64,000 nt of DNA, taken from Spirochaetales bacterium (GTDB lineage Bacteria; Spirochaetota; Spirochaetia; SZUA-6; JAFGRV01). Positions 56,884-64,000 of the stretch are shown piece after piece. The translations under genes were made by a program, and so were the position numbers. Position 1 is the first letter of the stretch, and each line of letters opens with the position of its first letter. Below the pieces are notes generated by a model. It had not been told where the DNA came from. It did no database searches and worked only from the letters and a program-made list of their open reading frames with translations. The stretch is from the NCBI GenBank assembly GCA_016930085.1, contig JAFGHO010000067.1:1041-65040 (forward strand), written 5' to 3'.

Positions 56884-58335
56884 TCAAAACCGGTAATGAA
56901 TCCATTCGTCGCCGTAATGTCCGTACAGCGACCATATTTCGCCGTTTGTGAGGTCATAAAGCGACCTGCTTCCCTTGACGGCCGCACGGGGGTTTGTCCC
57001 GTAATAATTGTAGGCCGGCGGATGCAGGTAATCGACGAGCCGCTTCGCCTTTTCGACATCGATACCACCGTAATTGTCAAGAAGGAGATTGGTCAGGGTT
57101 TCGTAACGCCACCGTGAGTCCGGGATGGCGGCGTTTCCGGAAAGGATCACCATCTGAGGAACGATGTAGTGATTGGCGAAGACCAGGAGGTCGGGTTTAT
57201 CCTCGATCTGTTTGGGCAAGCCGGAGATGAGGTTGTAGAACCGCGGGTAGGTGTAATCGGCGTACCGGATTTTCGTCAGGGTTGCCGATGTTTCGATCAC
57301 CGCCCCTTTGTTTTCGCTTTTTCCGCTTGCAAGGGCGATAATCCATGATATGCCGAGGTCCGCGTTCGTGATGTAATCGACACCCTCGGATAATTTTCTG
57401 CTGTACTGGAGGGCCCGTCTGTTCGCCATCAGGACACCCATTCCCACGTTCGTGACATTCGCCGCGACAGCGGGCGCCATGTCGCACCCGATACCGATCC
57501 CGTTTGCGTTCATCCCGGCAACAAGGCCGACCCAGCCCGGAAGCGTCGGTGAAACGAACCTGTAACCGTTCCGGGGACAGTATTCGACAAAGAGCATTTC
57601 CTCATGGAGATACGCGTCGGTAAACATGAAATTTCTTCCCATGAGTGTTCTTTTATCCGTTGTTCCGTTGCCGTAGACGATGAACCCGTCGCACATATGC
57701 GGTGCGAAGTTGTTTTTTATGCCGAGGACGGGCGATACGATCGGGTAGGCGACCCCGAGCAGGATGTCGAATGCGATATTGACGACCAGGATGTTGTCGT
57801 ACTCGACGGCGTATCCTTTTGCCGTGACACCGTCATATATGCCGCGCATTTCATCCCTGAACTCTTCCGGTATGTTGTCTTCGAAGATCCCCGACGTCGT
57901 CCTGAAGGCGTTGCAGACGAGTCTCGTAACCGCGGCGCCGACTTTGGACGTGAACTCCGAGGCTGTCATGTCCATGTAGTTGGCCAGAATCGTGATGATG
58001 AAATCGTCAGAGGCCAAACGGCTCACGTTACGGGCAAGAAGGTATCCGTGCTGGTACCCCATCTGGTAGCCCGTTCCTTCGATGTGAAGAAATTTTTTTC
58101 CCGCCGCATTCACAGCGAGGTATCCTTTTTTGTCCGGGGCATAGACCGGAGCGCCGAAGTCATCCGGCCCGGCGATCGACCGCGTCCCATGGGATTGTTC
58201 CACAGCCGTTTCATCACGCCCGGTCCGTTCGTCAAGCGAACAGGCGGCAAGTCCTGCGAGAAACAGCGTTACCAGAAGTAGTGCTTCGAAACGGAATAAT
58301 AACCCGTTATGTGAATGTGTTTTTTTGTGAATCAT
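56884..58335 (-). CDS. Hypothetical lipoprotein (possibly Ntn-hydrolase / peptidase C45-like)
   Basis: RBS AGGAGG. Lipobox LAAC. 484 aa. Weak resemblance to C45 acyltransferase/hydrolases. Confidence 0.4.
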   Translation of the reverse strand: MIHKKTHSHNGLLFRFEALLLVTLFLAGLAACSLDERTGRDETAVEQSHGTRSIAGPDDFGAPVYAPDKKGYLAVNAAGKKFLHIEGTGYQMGYQHGYLLARNVSRLASDDFIITILANYMDMTASEFTSKVGAAVTRLVCNAFRTTSGIFEDNIPEEFRDEMRGIYDGVTAKGYAVEYDNILVVNIAFDILLGVAYPIVSPVLGIKNNFAPHMCDGFIVYGNGTTDKRTLMGRNFMFTDAYLHEEMLFVEYCPRNGYRFVSPTLPGWVGLVAGMNANGIGIGCDMAPAVAANVTNVGMGVLMANRRALQYSRKLSEGVDYITNADLGISWIIALASGKSENKGAVIETSATLTKIRYADYTYPRFYNLISGLPKQIEDKPDLLVFANHYIVPQMVILSGNAAIPDSRWRYETLTNLLLDNYGGIDVEKAKRLVDYLHPPAYNYYGTNPRAAVKGSRSLYDLTNGEIWSLYGHYGDEWIHYRF

Positions 58336-58421
58336 TTTTTCCTCCTGCACGATCATGGCATGATTGTCCGATTCGGTCAAATATGTTTTAAAAAAAACGG
58401 TAAATAATACGCCAATCATAC

Positions 58422-58450
58422 TTGACATTTTATGATTTTGGGTATAGATT
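58422..58450 (+). promoter_or_regulatory. Sigma70-like promoter (TTGACA-N17-TAGATT) of leu leader
   Basis: TTGACA at 58422-58427. -10 TAGATT at 58445-58450 (or TATAGA with a 15-nt spacer). Confidence 0.4.
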
Positions 58451-58483
58451 GGAATTAAAGACGCGAAAGGGATAATAGAAGCA

Positions 58484-58615
58484 ATGAGATTTTCAGGATG
58501 CGGTTTAACGTTATCACTAAACCTCCTCACCCTTACCGGCGGGCTCCTTGGTCTACAGATGGGGAGCTCGGTAGTGAAAGAGGCATGTCTGAAGATTCCA
58601 TTGCACGACATTTAG
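58484..58615 (+). CDS. Leucine-rich leader peptide (43 aa) of leuA attenuator
   Basis: MRFSGCGLTLSLNLLTLTGGLLGLQMGSSVVKEACLKIPLHDI. Nine Leu among residues 8-24 (codons TTA, CTA, CTC, CTT). Ends 26 nt before the terminator stem. Confidence 0.45.
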   Translation: MRFSGCGLTLSLNLLTLTGGLLGLQMGSSVVKEACLKIPLHDI

Positions 58616-58640
58616 GCAATTTCAGGAATTGGAAATCGGA

Positions 58641-58683
58641 AAGCCCGCTACTGAGCTACTCAGGAGCGGGCTTTTTTATTTTT
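58641..58683 (+). terminator. Intrinsic terminator (attenuator) immediately upstream of the leuA RBS
   Basis: 14-bp stem AAGCCCGCTaCTGAG/CTCAGgAGCGGGCTT followed by TTTTTTATTTTT. Leader segment GGCGGGCT (58538-58545) can pair with the stem's 5' arm AGCCCGC (58642-58648) as an alternative antiterminator. Confidence 0.7.
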
Positions 58684-58704
58684 ATACCATTAAGGAGGTG
58701 TATT

Positions 58705-60372
58705 ATGCCAAAGTATCAGCCATTTCCGAAAATCGACCTCGAGAACAGAATGTGGCCGGACGCGGCCATTACCAAAGCCCCGATCTGGTGCAGTGTCGAC
58801 CTTCGTGACGGGAACCAGGCACTTGCCACGCCAATGAATATAGAAGAGAAATTAAGAATGTTTCAGCTCCTCGTCGATGTCGGCTTCAAGGAGATCGAGG
58901 TCGGATTCCCGTCGGCGTCGCAGATCGATTTCGATTTTTTACGCCGTCTGATCGACGGTCACCTGATCCCGGATGATGTCTGGATCCAGGTGCTCACCCA
59001 GTCGCGCGAACACCTGATCCGCCGGACGATCGAAGGATTGCAGGGCGCGGGGAAGGTGATCGTTCATCTCTACAATTCGACATCGCCGCTTCAGCGGAAG
59101 GTGACCTTCAACAAGACAAAGGAAGAAATCAAGGAGATAGCGGCCACCGGAACGAAACTCGTCAAATCCCTCGTCCCGGAATTGAAAGGCGCGGAAGTGC
59201 GGTTCGAGTATTCACCCGAGAGTTTTTCGGACACGGAAACCGACTACGCCCTCGAAGTATGCGAGGCGGTGATGGACGTCTGGGAGCCGACTGAAAAAAA
59301 CAGGATCATCCTCAACCTGCCGGACACGGTGCAATGGACGACCCCGAACATCCACGCGGACCAGGTCGAATGGTTCATCCGCAACATGAAACACCGGGAA
59401 AAGGCGATCATCAGCCTGCATACCCACAACGACCGGGGAACAGGCGTGGCTGCTACCGAACTCGCCCTGCTCGCCGGCGCGGAGCGCGTCGAGGGGACGC
59501 TTTTCGGAAACGGCGAACGGACGGGAAACCTCGACATTATCGTCGTCGCGTTGAACATGTTCGCAAACGGTGTCGATCCGGGACTCGATTTCGGCAATAT
59601 CCCGGCGATCCGCAAGGTGTACGAGGAATGCACGAAAATGACCGTTCACGAACGCCACCCCTATTCCGGCGACCTCGTGTTCACCGCGTTTTCCGGTTCG
59701 CACCAGGACGCCATCAAGAAGGGGATGGACATGAGGGCCGGGAACAAGGACAAGGACTCGAAGTGGGAGGTTCCCTACCTGCCCATCGATCCGCAGGATA
59801 TCGGGCGGACCTACCAGGCGATCATCAGGATCAACAGCCAGAGCGGCAAGGGCGGGGTCGCCTACATCATGTCGAGGGATTTCGGCATCGAACTCCCCAA
59901 GGCGATGCACCCCGAAATCGGGGCCGCGGTCAACCGGCTCGCCGACGAATCGGGACGCGAGCTTTCGCCGCAGGAGATTTACGGCGTGTTCAAAAAGGAA
60001 TACCTGATGCGGGAAAAACCCCTCCGGCTCGTCACCCTTCACACCATCGAGAACGGAGCCGCCGAACACGGCGTCTCGTGCCATGCGGAAGTGGAGTATA
60101 ACGGTGAGGTGTGCGAAATAAAGGGACGGGGAAACGGTCCCATCGACGCCTTCGTCCACGCCATGCAGCAGCTGGGGATCGAAAAGTTCTCGCTCACCGA
60201 TTTTCACGAGCACGCGATTTCAAGGGGATCGGAAGCGGAGGCGGTCGCCTTCGTCCAGATCGAACGGCCCAAAGGGAGCGCCTTCTGGGGCGCGGGGGTC
60301 GACACGAACATCAGCTACGCGGGACTCAAGGCCCTCCTGAGCGCGTATAACAGGTCGGTTGCCGAGGGCTGA
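58705..60372 (+). CDS. leuA: 2-isopropylmalate synthase (long, LeuA type 2)
   Basis: RBS AGGAGG. Motifs WCSVDLRDGNQAL, HTHNDRGTGVA, LeuA dimerisation/regulatory C-terminal domain. Confidence 0.9.
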   Translation: MPKYQPFPKIDLENRMWPDAAITKAPIWCSVDLRDGNQALATPMNIEEKLRMFQLLVDVGFKEIEVGFPSASQIDFDFLRRLIDGHLIPDDVWIQVLTQSREHLIRRTIEGLQGAGKVIVHLYNSTSPLQRKVTFNKTKEEIKEIAATGTKLVKSLVPELKGAEVRFEYSPESFSDTETDYALEVCEAVMDVWEPTEKNRIILNLPDTVQWTTPNIHADQVEWFIRNMKHREKAIISLHTHNDRGTGVAATELALLAGAERVEGTLFGNGERTGNLDIIVVALNMFANGVDPGLDFGNIPAIRKVYEECTKMTVHERHPYSGDLVFTAFSGSHQDAIKKGMDMRAGNKDKDSKWEVPYLPIDPQDIGRTYQAIIRINSQSGKGGVAYIMSRDFGIELPKAMHPEIGAAVNRLADESGRELSPQEIYGVFKKEYLMREKPLRLVTLHTIENGAAEHGVSCHAEVEYNGEVCEIKGRGNGPIDAFVHAMQQLGIEKFSLTDFHEHAISRGSEAEAVAFVQIERPKGSAFWGAGVDTNISYAGLKALLSAYNRSVAEG

Positions 60373-60490
60373 AACGAAGCGTCCCCGTATCGGTCTTCAC
60401 CCGAATGATCATGAACGTGGGGGGCGCGCCGCGGTTACCGGTTGACATCGGCTTCCTTTGATGTTTGCCGCCGGAGCCGGGGGCCGTCCC

Positions 60491-61258
60491 TCACTCCTTT
60501 TTCGTATAGTAGATTTCGTAGGTGAGGACTTCGTTTCCTGTTTTATGTTCGCCGGTCAGAACGACGTAATTGTTCACGAAGCCGAGGTTGAACCGGTACC
60601 CGGAATCGCCTTCCGGATAACGCCATTCGAACTCTTCGATTTTTTTCTGTGATTTGATGATGAAAACATCCTTTTGCCCGATATCCGGATGGAACCCGAT
60701 CGAAAAGACGAACTCGTCTTCGAGGGCGATGGCGATCACTGACCCCCGTAGCGCGGTGATGTAACTGTCCGGAAATTTGTGCCGGTTTATGATCTTGAAT
60801 ACCCCGTATTCGCCGGCCCATCGTTTGTCCTCCGGCCGTATCTCGTCCGAGTAATCGACACCGTGAACGGGAAGACGGTCCGGGGCCCCCTCCTCCATCG
60901 AAATATAATGGCCGTACGTCCAGCCCGCGAGGCCGTTCTTCCGCTTGATGAGGTACCAGTAGTCTTTCAGGTTGTAGACCTCATAGCGTTCGCCGGTCCT
61001 GCAGAAGACCGTGACCTCCTCACCCAGGCCGAGGTTTCCTACGATCTCCGCATTGAGGGTGGGGATGTTCCGCACCCTCACCTGGTCTTCCGTGATTTTT
61101 CCGGAAACCGCGCACGTTCCCGAAGCCATGCCGCCCGCTTCTCCGTCTGCGGACGTTCGGTCATCTGTGGTTGAGGTTTCCCGGGCCGCCTTCGGCGCGC
61201 AGCCCTGCATCAGTATGACTATAATGGAAACAAAAAGAATCGGTTTAATCGCGTTCAT
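60491..61258 (-). CDS. Lipoprotein with bacterial SH3 (SH3b) domain
   Basis: Lipobox LMQGC. SH3_3-like segment VRVRNIPTLNAEIVGNLGLGEEVTV. Confidence 0.5.
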   Translation of the reverse strand: MNAIKPILFVSIIVILMQGCAPKAARETSTTDDRTSADGEAGGMASGTCAVSGKITEDQVRVRNIPTLNAEIVGNLGLGEEVTVFCRTGERYEVYNLKDYWYLIKRKNGLAGWTYGHYISMEEGAPDRLPVHGVDYSDEIRPEDKRWAGEYGVFKIINRHKFPDSYITALRGSVIAIALEDEFVFSIGFHPDIGQKDVFIIKSQKKIEEFEWRYPEGDSGYRFNLGFVNNYVVLTGEHKTGNEVLTYEIYYTKKE

Positions 61259-61363
61259 CGCCGTCTCCCCCTCCTGTATTCAAAGACCGATTGTAACGAT
61301 ACGGCCCCCGATGATCAAGGGGGGAGGGGGCCCGTCCATGAGACATTATTTTCCCTCAGACGT

Positions 61364-63307
61364 TTATTTCCGCGAAATGGAAAAAAAGGGATAAAGGGTC
61401 CGCGTCCCGGATTCGTCGAACACCTCGCCGTAGGGGATGCGGACGAGTTTGTTCGCGATCGATTCGGATGCCCACACACCTTTTTCGTCGAACGAGTAGA
61501 CGGCGACATAGTGGCCGATCCACGACCCGCCCTGTTTGTACCTGTACTGGATCGCAGCCGGTTCTCCCCGTATCAGGCTGGCGAATAATGAATTGGCCGA
61601 ATCCTCCCATGTGTAGGCGAGGCCGTAAAGATCCGCCAGGTCCGTCATCATGGCGTAGTCCCACAGGTCGTCGCGCGATTTTCCGATCTTTTTTTCCGCC
61701 CCGTCCACGTCGATCGCTTCCCCGGTCATGTACTGGTACAGATGTTTGACAGCGAAGCCGAAACAGGCATTGTGGTGCTGTTTGGAACAGGGAAACGGGT
61801 AATCGGGTTTCATTTTCGGCCTTATATTCCTCTTTACGATTTCGCCGTACGCGAGTCTTTCACCGGCAAGGAACAAAAGATCGCCCAGGTGCGCTGTATA
61901 CGCCCCCGCGGTTTTCGCTTGTCCGGTTTCCATGGCGGCTTCGTACGGGGTTTTTCCACGGTAGTCCCGAAGAAAGGGATTCGCCCCCCGTTCGAGAAGC
62001 AACTCCGTTATCCCGATTTTTTCGTCCGATGCGCAGAACGACAGGGGGGGGCCGTTGTTGTGAAACGAGAGGATATTCATGTCCGCCGATTTGTCCAGAA
62101 GGAACTTCGCCATCTCGAGGTTGTTGTGCATGGCGGCATAATGGAGCGGCGCGTACAGCCCTTCGAAGGCGTCGACCTCCGTCCCCGCCGTATATGTTTT
62201 TTTCATCAGTTCGACGTCGTTGGTTTCCGCGGTCTCGACGAATGAAAGCGGGACATCGTTTTTGACAAAGCCTTCCGGCATATAGGGTTCGATTTTCGAG
62301 GCGAGAAAATCGCGCATTCCCAGCGAACTGCTTACCAGTTCGCCGAAGGATACGGCGAGAAATCCTTTTCGCGTGATGAGGTGATTCCGGCTTTCAATGG
62401 CAGCGGCATCGCGTCCGGGCCAGTTTTCGCACAATGCCGTCACGTCCACGACCGGGCAGGGGGCGGGGCGCTTCCGGAGTATCCGTTCGATCCTGTTTAT
62501 ATCCGTGTTTTTGAATCCCAGAAAGACCTTCACCTCCGGGTAGATCTTCCCCACACGGTCGAGAAGCGCGGTCTCCCAGACGAACATGTTTTTATCCGTA
62601 AATACGGCAAGCACTACGATTTTTCCTTCGAGTCCGCTTATACGGTATGGTTCGCCCGTTTCGATATCGGTAAAAGGGGTGTCCGGCATTTTTTTCGCGG
62701 GATCGGTCACGTCCTTTTTCGGGTACAGGGCCGTTTTTTTGTGTGTTTCCTTCCGTGCCGTCTTTTTTGCCGTCTCGAGGCGTTTTGCGATGTGAGCCCG
62801 GTTTTTCTCCAGGTTTTCGACCAGCGTCCGCATGACGGTATCGGCGTCGATGAGGGCCGTGGAAGTGCTCGAACCGCAGATTTCAAAGTCCGCCGCCGAG
62901 GCGAGGTACAGGGAGCAGCGCGCCGAAACATGGCGGGCTGGCTTCCGGGTGATATCGAGGGAGACGGTCGCGATGAGATCCGGCCCGAGGGCTTCGTTTA
63001 TCCTCGCGTAAACCTCCTCCGTATAGCCCTCCGAAGCGTCGGTGCCCAGCTCATCGAGGAACGGCTTCAACCGCTCCCGCGGAACGACCTTGAAGACCGG
63101 GCTTTCGGCGAGATACGACAGCAGGGCGGAGTCAAAGGCATCCGCGTCTTTCCTCGTGGTATGTTCGGAGACGGCCGGGGGCAGGACCGCGATCTCGAAC
63201 TCCCCCGTATCGTTTCCGGTGCTTCCGTTTCCCTGGGACACGCACCCGGGAAACCATGTCGAGATGATAAGTGAAAGTACGAGATAGTTCCGTAATTTAC
63301 GTTTCAT
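61364..63307 (-). CDS. Lipoprotein with ankyrin repeats and C-terminal C39-like (papain-fold) peptidase domain
   Basis: Lipobox WFPGC. Ankyrin repeats (LHYAAMHNNLEMAKFLLDKSADMN...). C-terminal NACFGFAV ... GHYVAVYSF Cys/His pair resembling the C39-like domain at 22327-23826. Confidence 0.6.
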   Translation of the reverse strand: MKRKLRNYLVLSLIISTWFPGCVSQGNGSTGNDTGEFEIAVLPPAVSEHTTRKDADAFDSALLSYLAESPVFKVVPRERLKPFLDELGTDASEGYTEEVYARINEALGPDLIATVSLDITRKPARHVSARCSLYLASAADFEICGSSTSTALIDADTVMRTLVENLEKNRAHIAKRLETAKKTARKETHKKTALYPKKDVTDPAKKMPDTPFTDIETGEPYRISGLEGKIVVLAVFTDKNMFVWETALLDRVGKIYPEVKVFLGFKNTDINRIERILRKRPAPCPVVDVTALCENWPGRDAAAIESRNHLITRKGFLAVSFGELVSSSLGMRDFLASKIEPYMPEGFVKNDVPLSFVETAETNDVELMKKTYTAGTEVDAFEGLYAPLHYAAMHNNLEMAKFLLDKSADMNILSFHNNGPPLSFCASDEKIGITELLLERGANPFLRDYRGKTPYEAAMETGQAKTAGAYTAHLGDLLFLAGERLAYGEIVKRNIRPKMKPDYPFPCSKQHHNACFGFAVKHLYQYMTGEAIDVDGAEKKIGKSRDDLWDYAMMTDLADLYGLAYTWEDSANSLFASLIRGEPAAIQYRYKQGGSWIGHYVAVYSFDEKGVWASESIANKLVRIPYGEVFDESGTRTLYPFFSISRK

Positions 63308-63470
63308 GACACCCTCCTTGTCGATACGGGCGGGCGGGTTTTCGGAAAAAAATTCCGCCGCTTTTTATAGTGTAGACAATGGGAAGGGAATTTTCCCGGA
63401 TTTTTTTTTGTGGAAAAGGATTCATTCTCATATTCGTGAACATCAATTTGCTTTACTCTTTGATTTTGTC

Positions 63471-63496
63471 GTCTGAATATGGTACTATATTCAGAC
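63471..63496. promoter_or_regulatory. Palindromic operator GTCTGAATAT-N6-ATATTCAGAC upstream of antitoxin remnant
   Basis: Perfect 10-bp inverted repeat overlapping a TATATT/TACTAT -10-like sequence. 12 nt upstream of the RBS/ATG. Confidence 0.4.
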
Positions 63497-63507
63497 AGGA
63501 GTACGAT

Positions 63508-63687
63508 ATGAATTTGAATGAGGATATAAAATCAATATCATATATTAAATCCCATACGGCGGATATACTGAAACAGGTAAACGACACGCATCGTCCGATA
63601 ATTATTACGCAAAATGGAGAAGCAAAATCGAATTATTGGATGCCGAATCGGCATGAACCCCGCACAACGGCGGCGGCTTCCGCATAA
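63508..63687 (+). pseudogene. Truncated Phd/YefM-family antitoxin remnant (no cognate toxin)
   Basis: MNLNEDIKSISYIKSHTADILKQVNDTHRPIIITQNGEAK matches the Phd/YefM N-terminal half. It then degenerates (SNYWMPNRHEP...) across a 7-bp inverted repeat ATGCCGA-A-TCGGCAT (63640-63654). No toxin ORF follows. Confidence 0.4.
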
Positions 63688-63724
63688 CGCGGCACGGGGT
63701 TCGTTTTTCCGGGACCGTCTCCTC

Positions 63725-64000
63725 CTAAAACCCCGATATAATCCCGACATAATACTGTGCGATTCTGAGGGCGTCGGCTATGGTAATCGAGCCGTCCCTG
63801 TTGACGTCCGCATTGGCGGTAATAAAACCGGAAGGCGAAAGCCCGACGTAATATTGCGCCGTCAGCAATGCATCGACGATACTGACGGAGCCGTCGCCGT
63901 TGACATCGCCCAACGTTCCGGGTACGGGCGTCGAGGTATTGTTCACCGCTTCGAGCAGGGCCTGTTGTATTGCGTAATAAGCCGGTTTTTTGTTGCCGCT
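63725..64000 (-). CDS. C-terminal type-I dockerin module of a larger protein whose 5' part lies beyond the window end
   Basis: Reading frame open to base 64000. Duplicated dockerin segments GDVNGDGSVSIVDALLTAQYYVG / ADVNRDGSITIADALRIAQYYVG, near-identical to the dockerin of the LRR protein at 29.8 kb. Confidence 0.7.
   Translation of the reverse strand, partial: SGNKKPAYYAIQQALLEAVNNTSTPVPGTLGDVNGDGSVSIVDALLTAQYYVGLSPSGFITANADVNRDGSITIADALRIAQYYVGIISGF

Noticed and set aside
55320-56951. Plus-strand ORFs (55320, 55813, 56097) and minus ORFs 55877, 56293
   Set aside because: Overlap the glycoside-hydrolase gene out of frame or antisense. Arg-rich.
58498-58704. ORF-track 5' extension of leuA (MRFNVITKPP...)
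   Set aside because: Reads through a strong intrinsic terminator. The RBS AGGAGG sits 6 nt before the internal ATG at 58705. The upstream segment is better explained as leader peptide (a different frame) plus attenuator.
59212-60213. 333-aa minus-strand ORF and 255-aa plus alternate-frame ORF (59334)
   Set aside because: Inside leuA. LeuA motifs identify the true frame.

Overview
This 64 kb window looks like chromosomal DNA from a diderm (Gram-negative-type) bacterium of uncertain phylum. GC is around 50-55% over most of the window, and there are two markedly AT-rich insertions.

Core genes: a VanZ fragment, a rhodanese lipoprotein, a J-domain protein, bactofilin, a TPR protein, mtaB, tRNA-Lys, rlmB, an SplB-like radical SAM protein, a trpE-trpGD-trpCF cluster, and leuA preceded by a Leu-rich leader ORF and an intrinsic terminator.

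Envelope and secreted proteins: two paralogous outer-membrane barrels with FadL-type NPAG N-terminal motifs, a small OmpW-like barrel, an operon of four secreted proteins (including a FecR-domain protein and a beta-propeller lipoprotein), a LysM-PKD-C39-like peptidase, an ankyrin-C39-like lipoprotein, and an SH3b lipoprotein.

Signalling: an ECF sigma with an anti-sigma fused to a vWA (YfbK-like) domain, three PilZ paralogs interleaved with an FHA protein, a GGDEF cyclase, and an 1100-aa 7TMR-DISM histidine kinase / receiver / adenylate cyclase next to two orphan sugar ABC permeases.

Other: HPr, PPK2, Hsp20 with a coupled 47-aa membrane ORF, RadC, a large glycoside hydrolase, and a degraded Phd/YefM antitoxin.

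Two proteins carry near-identical type-I dockerin modules. One is a leucine-rich-repeat (LRR) protein; the other is a gene whose C-terminus enters from the window end.

The main candidate for an undescribed system is a ~5 kb AT-rich island at 29.8-35.0 kb. It encodes a Fic protein behind two tandem palindromic operator-like repeats, followed by two large cytoplasmic proteins with no recognisable domains. The island is bracketed on its left by a 20-bp direct repeat that also occurs on the far side of the LRR-dockerin gene.

No rRNA, CRISPR array, transposase or integrase was found.
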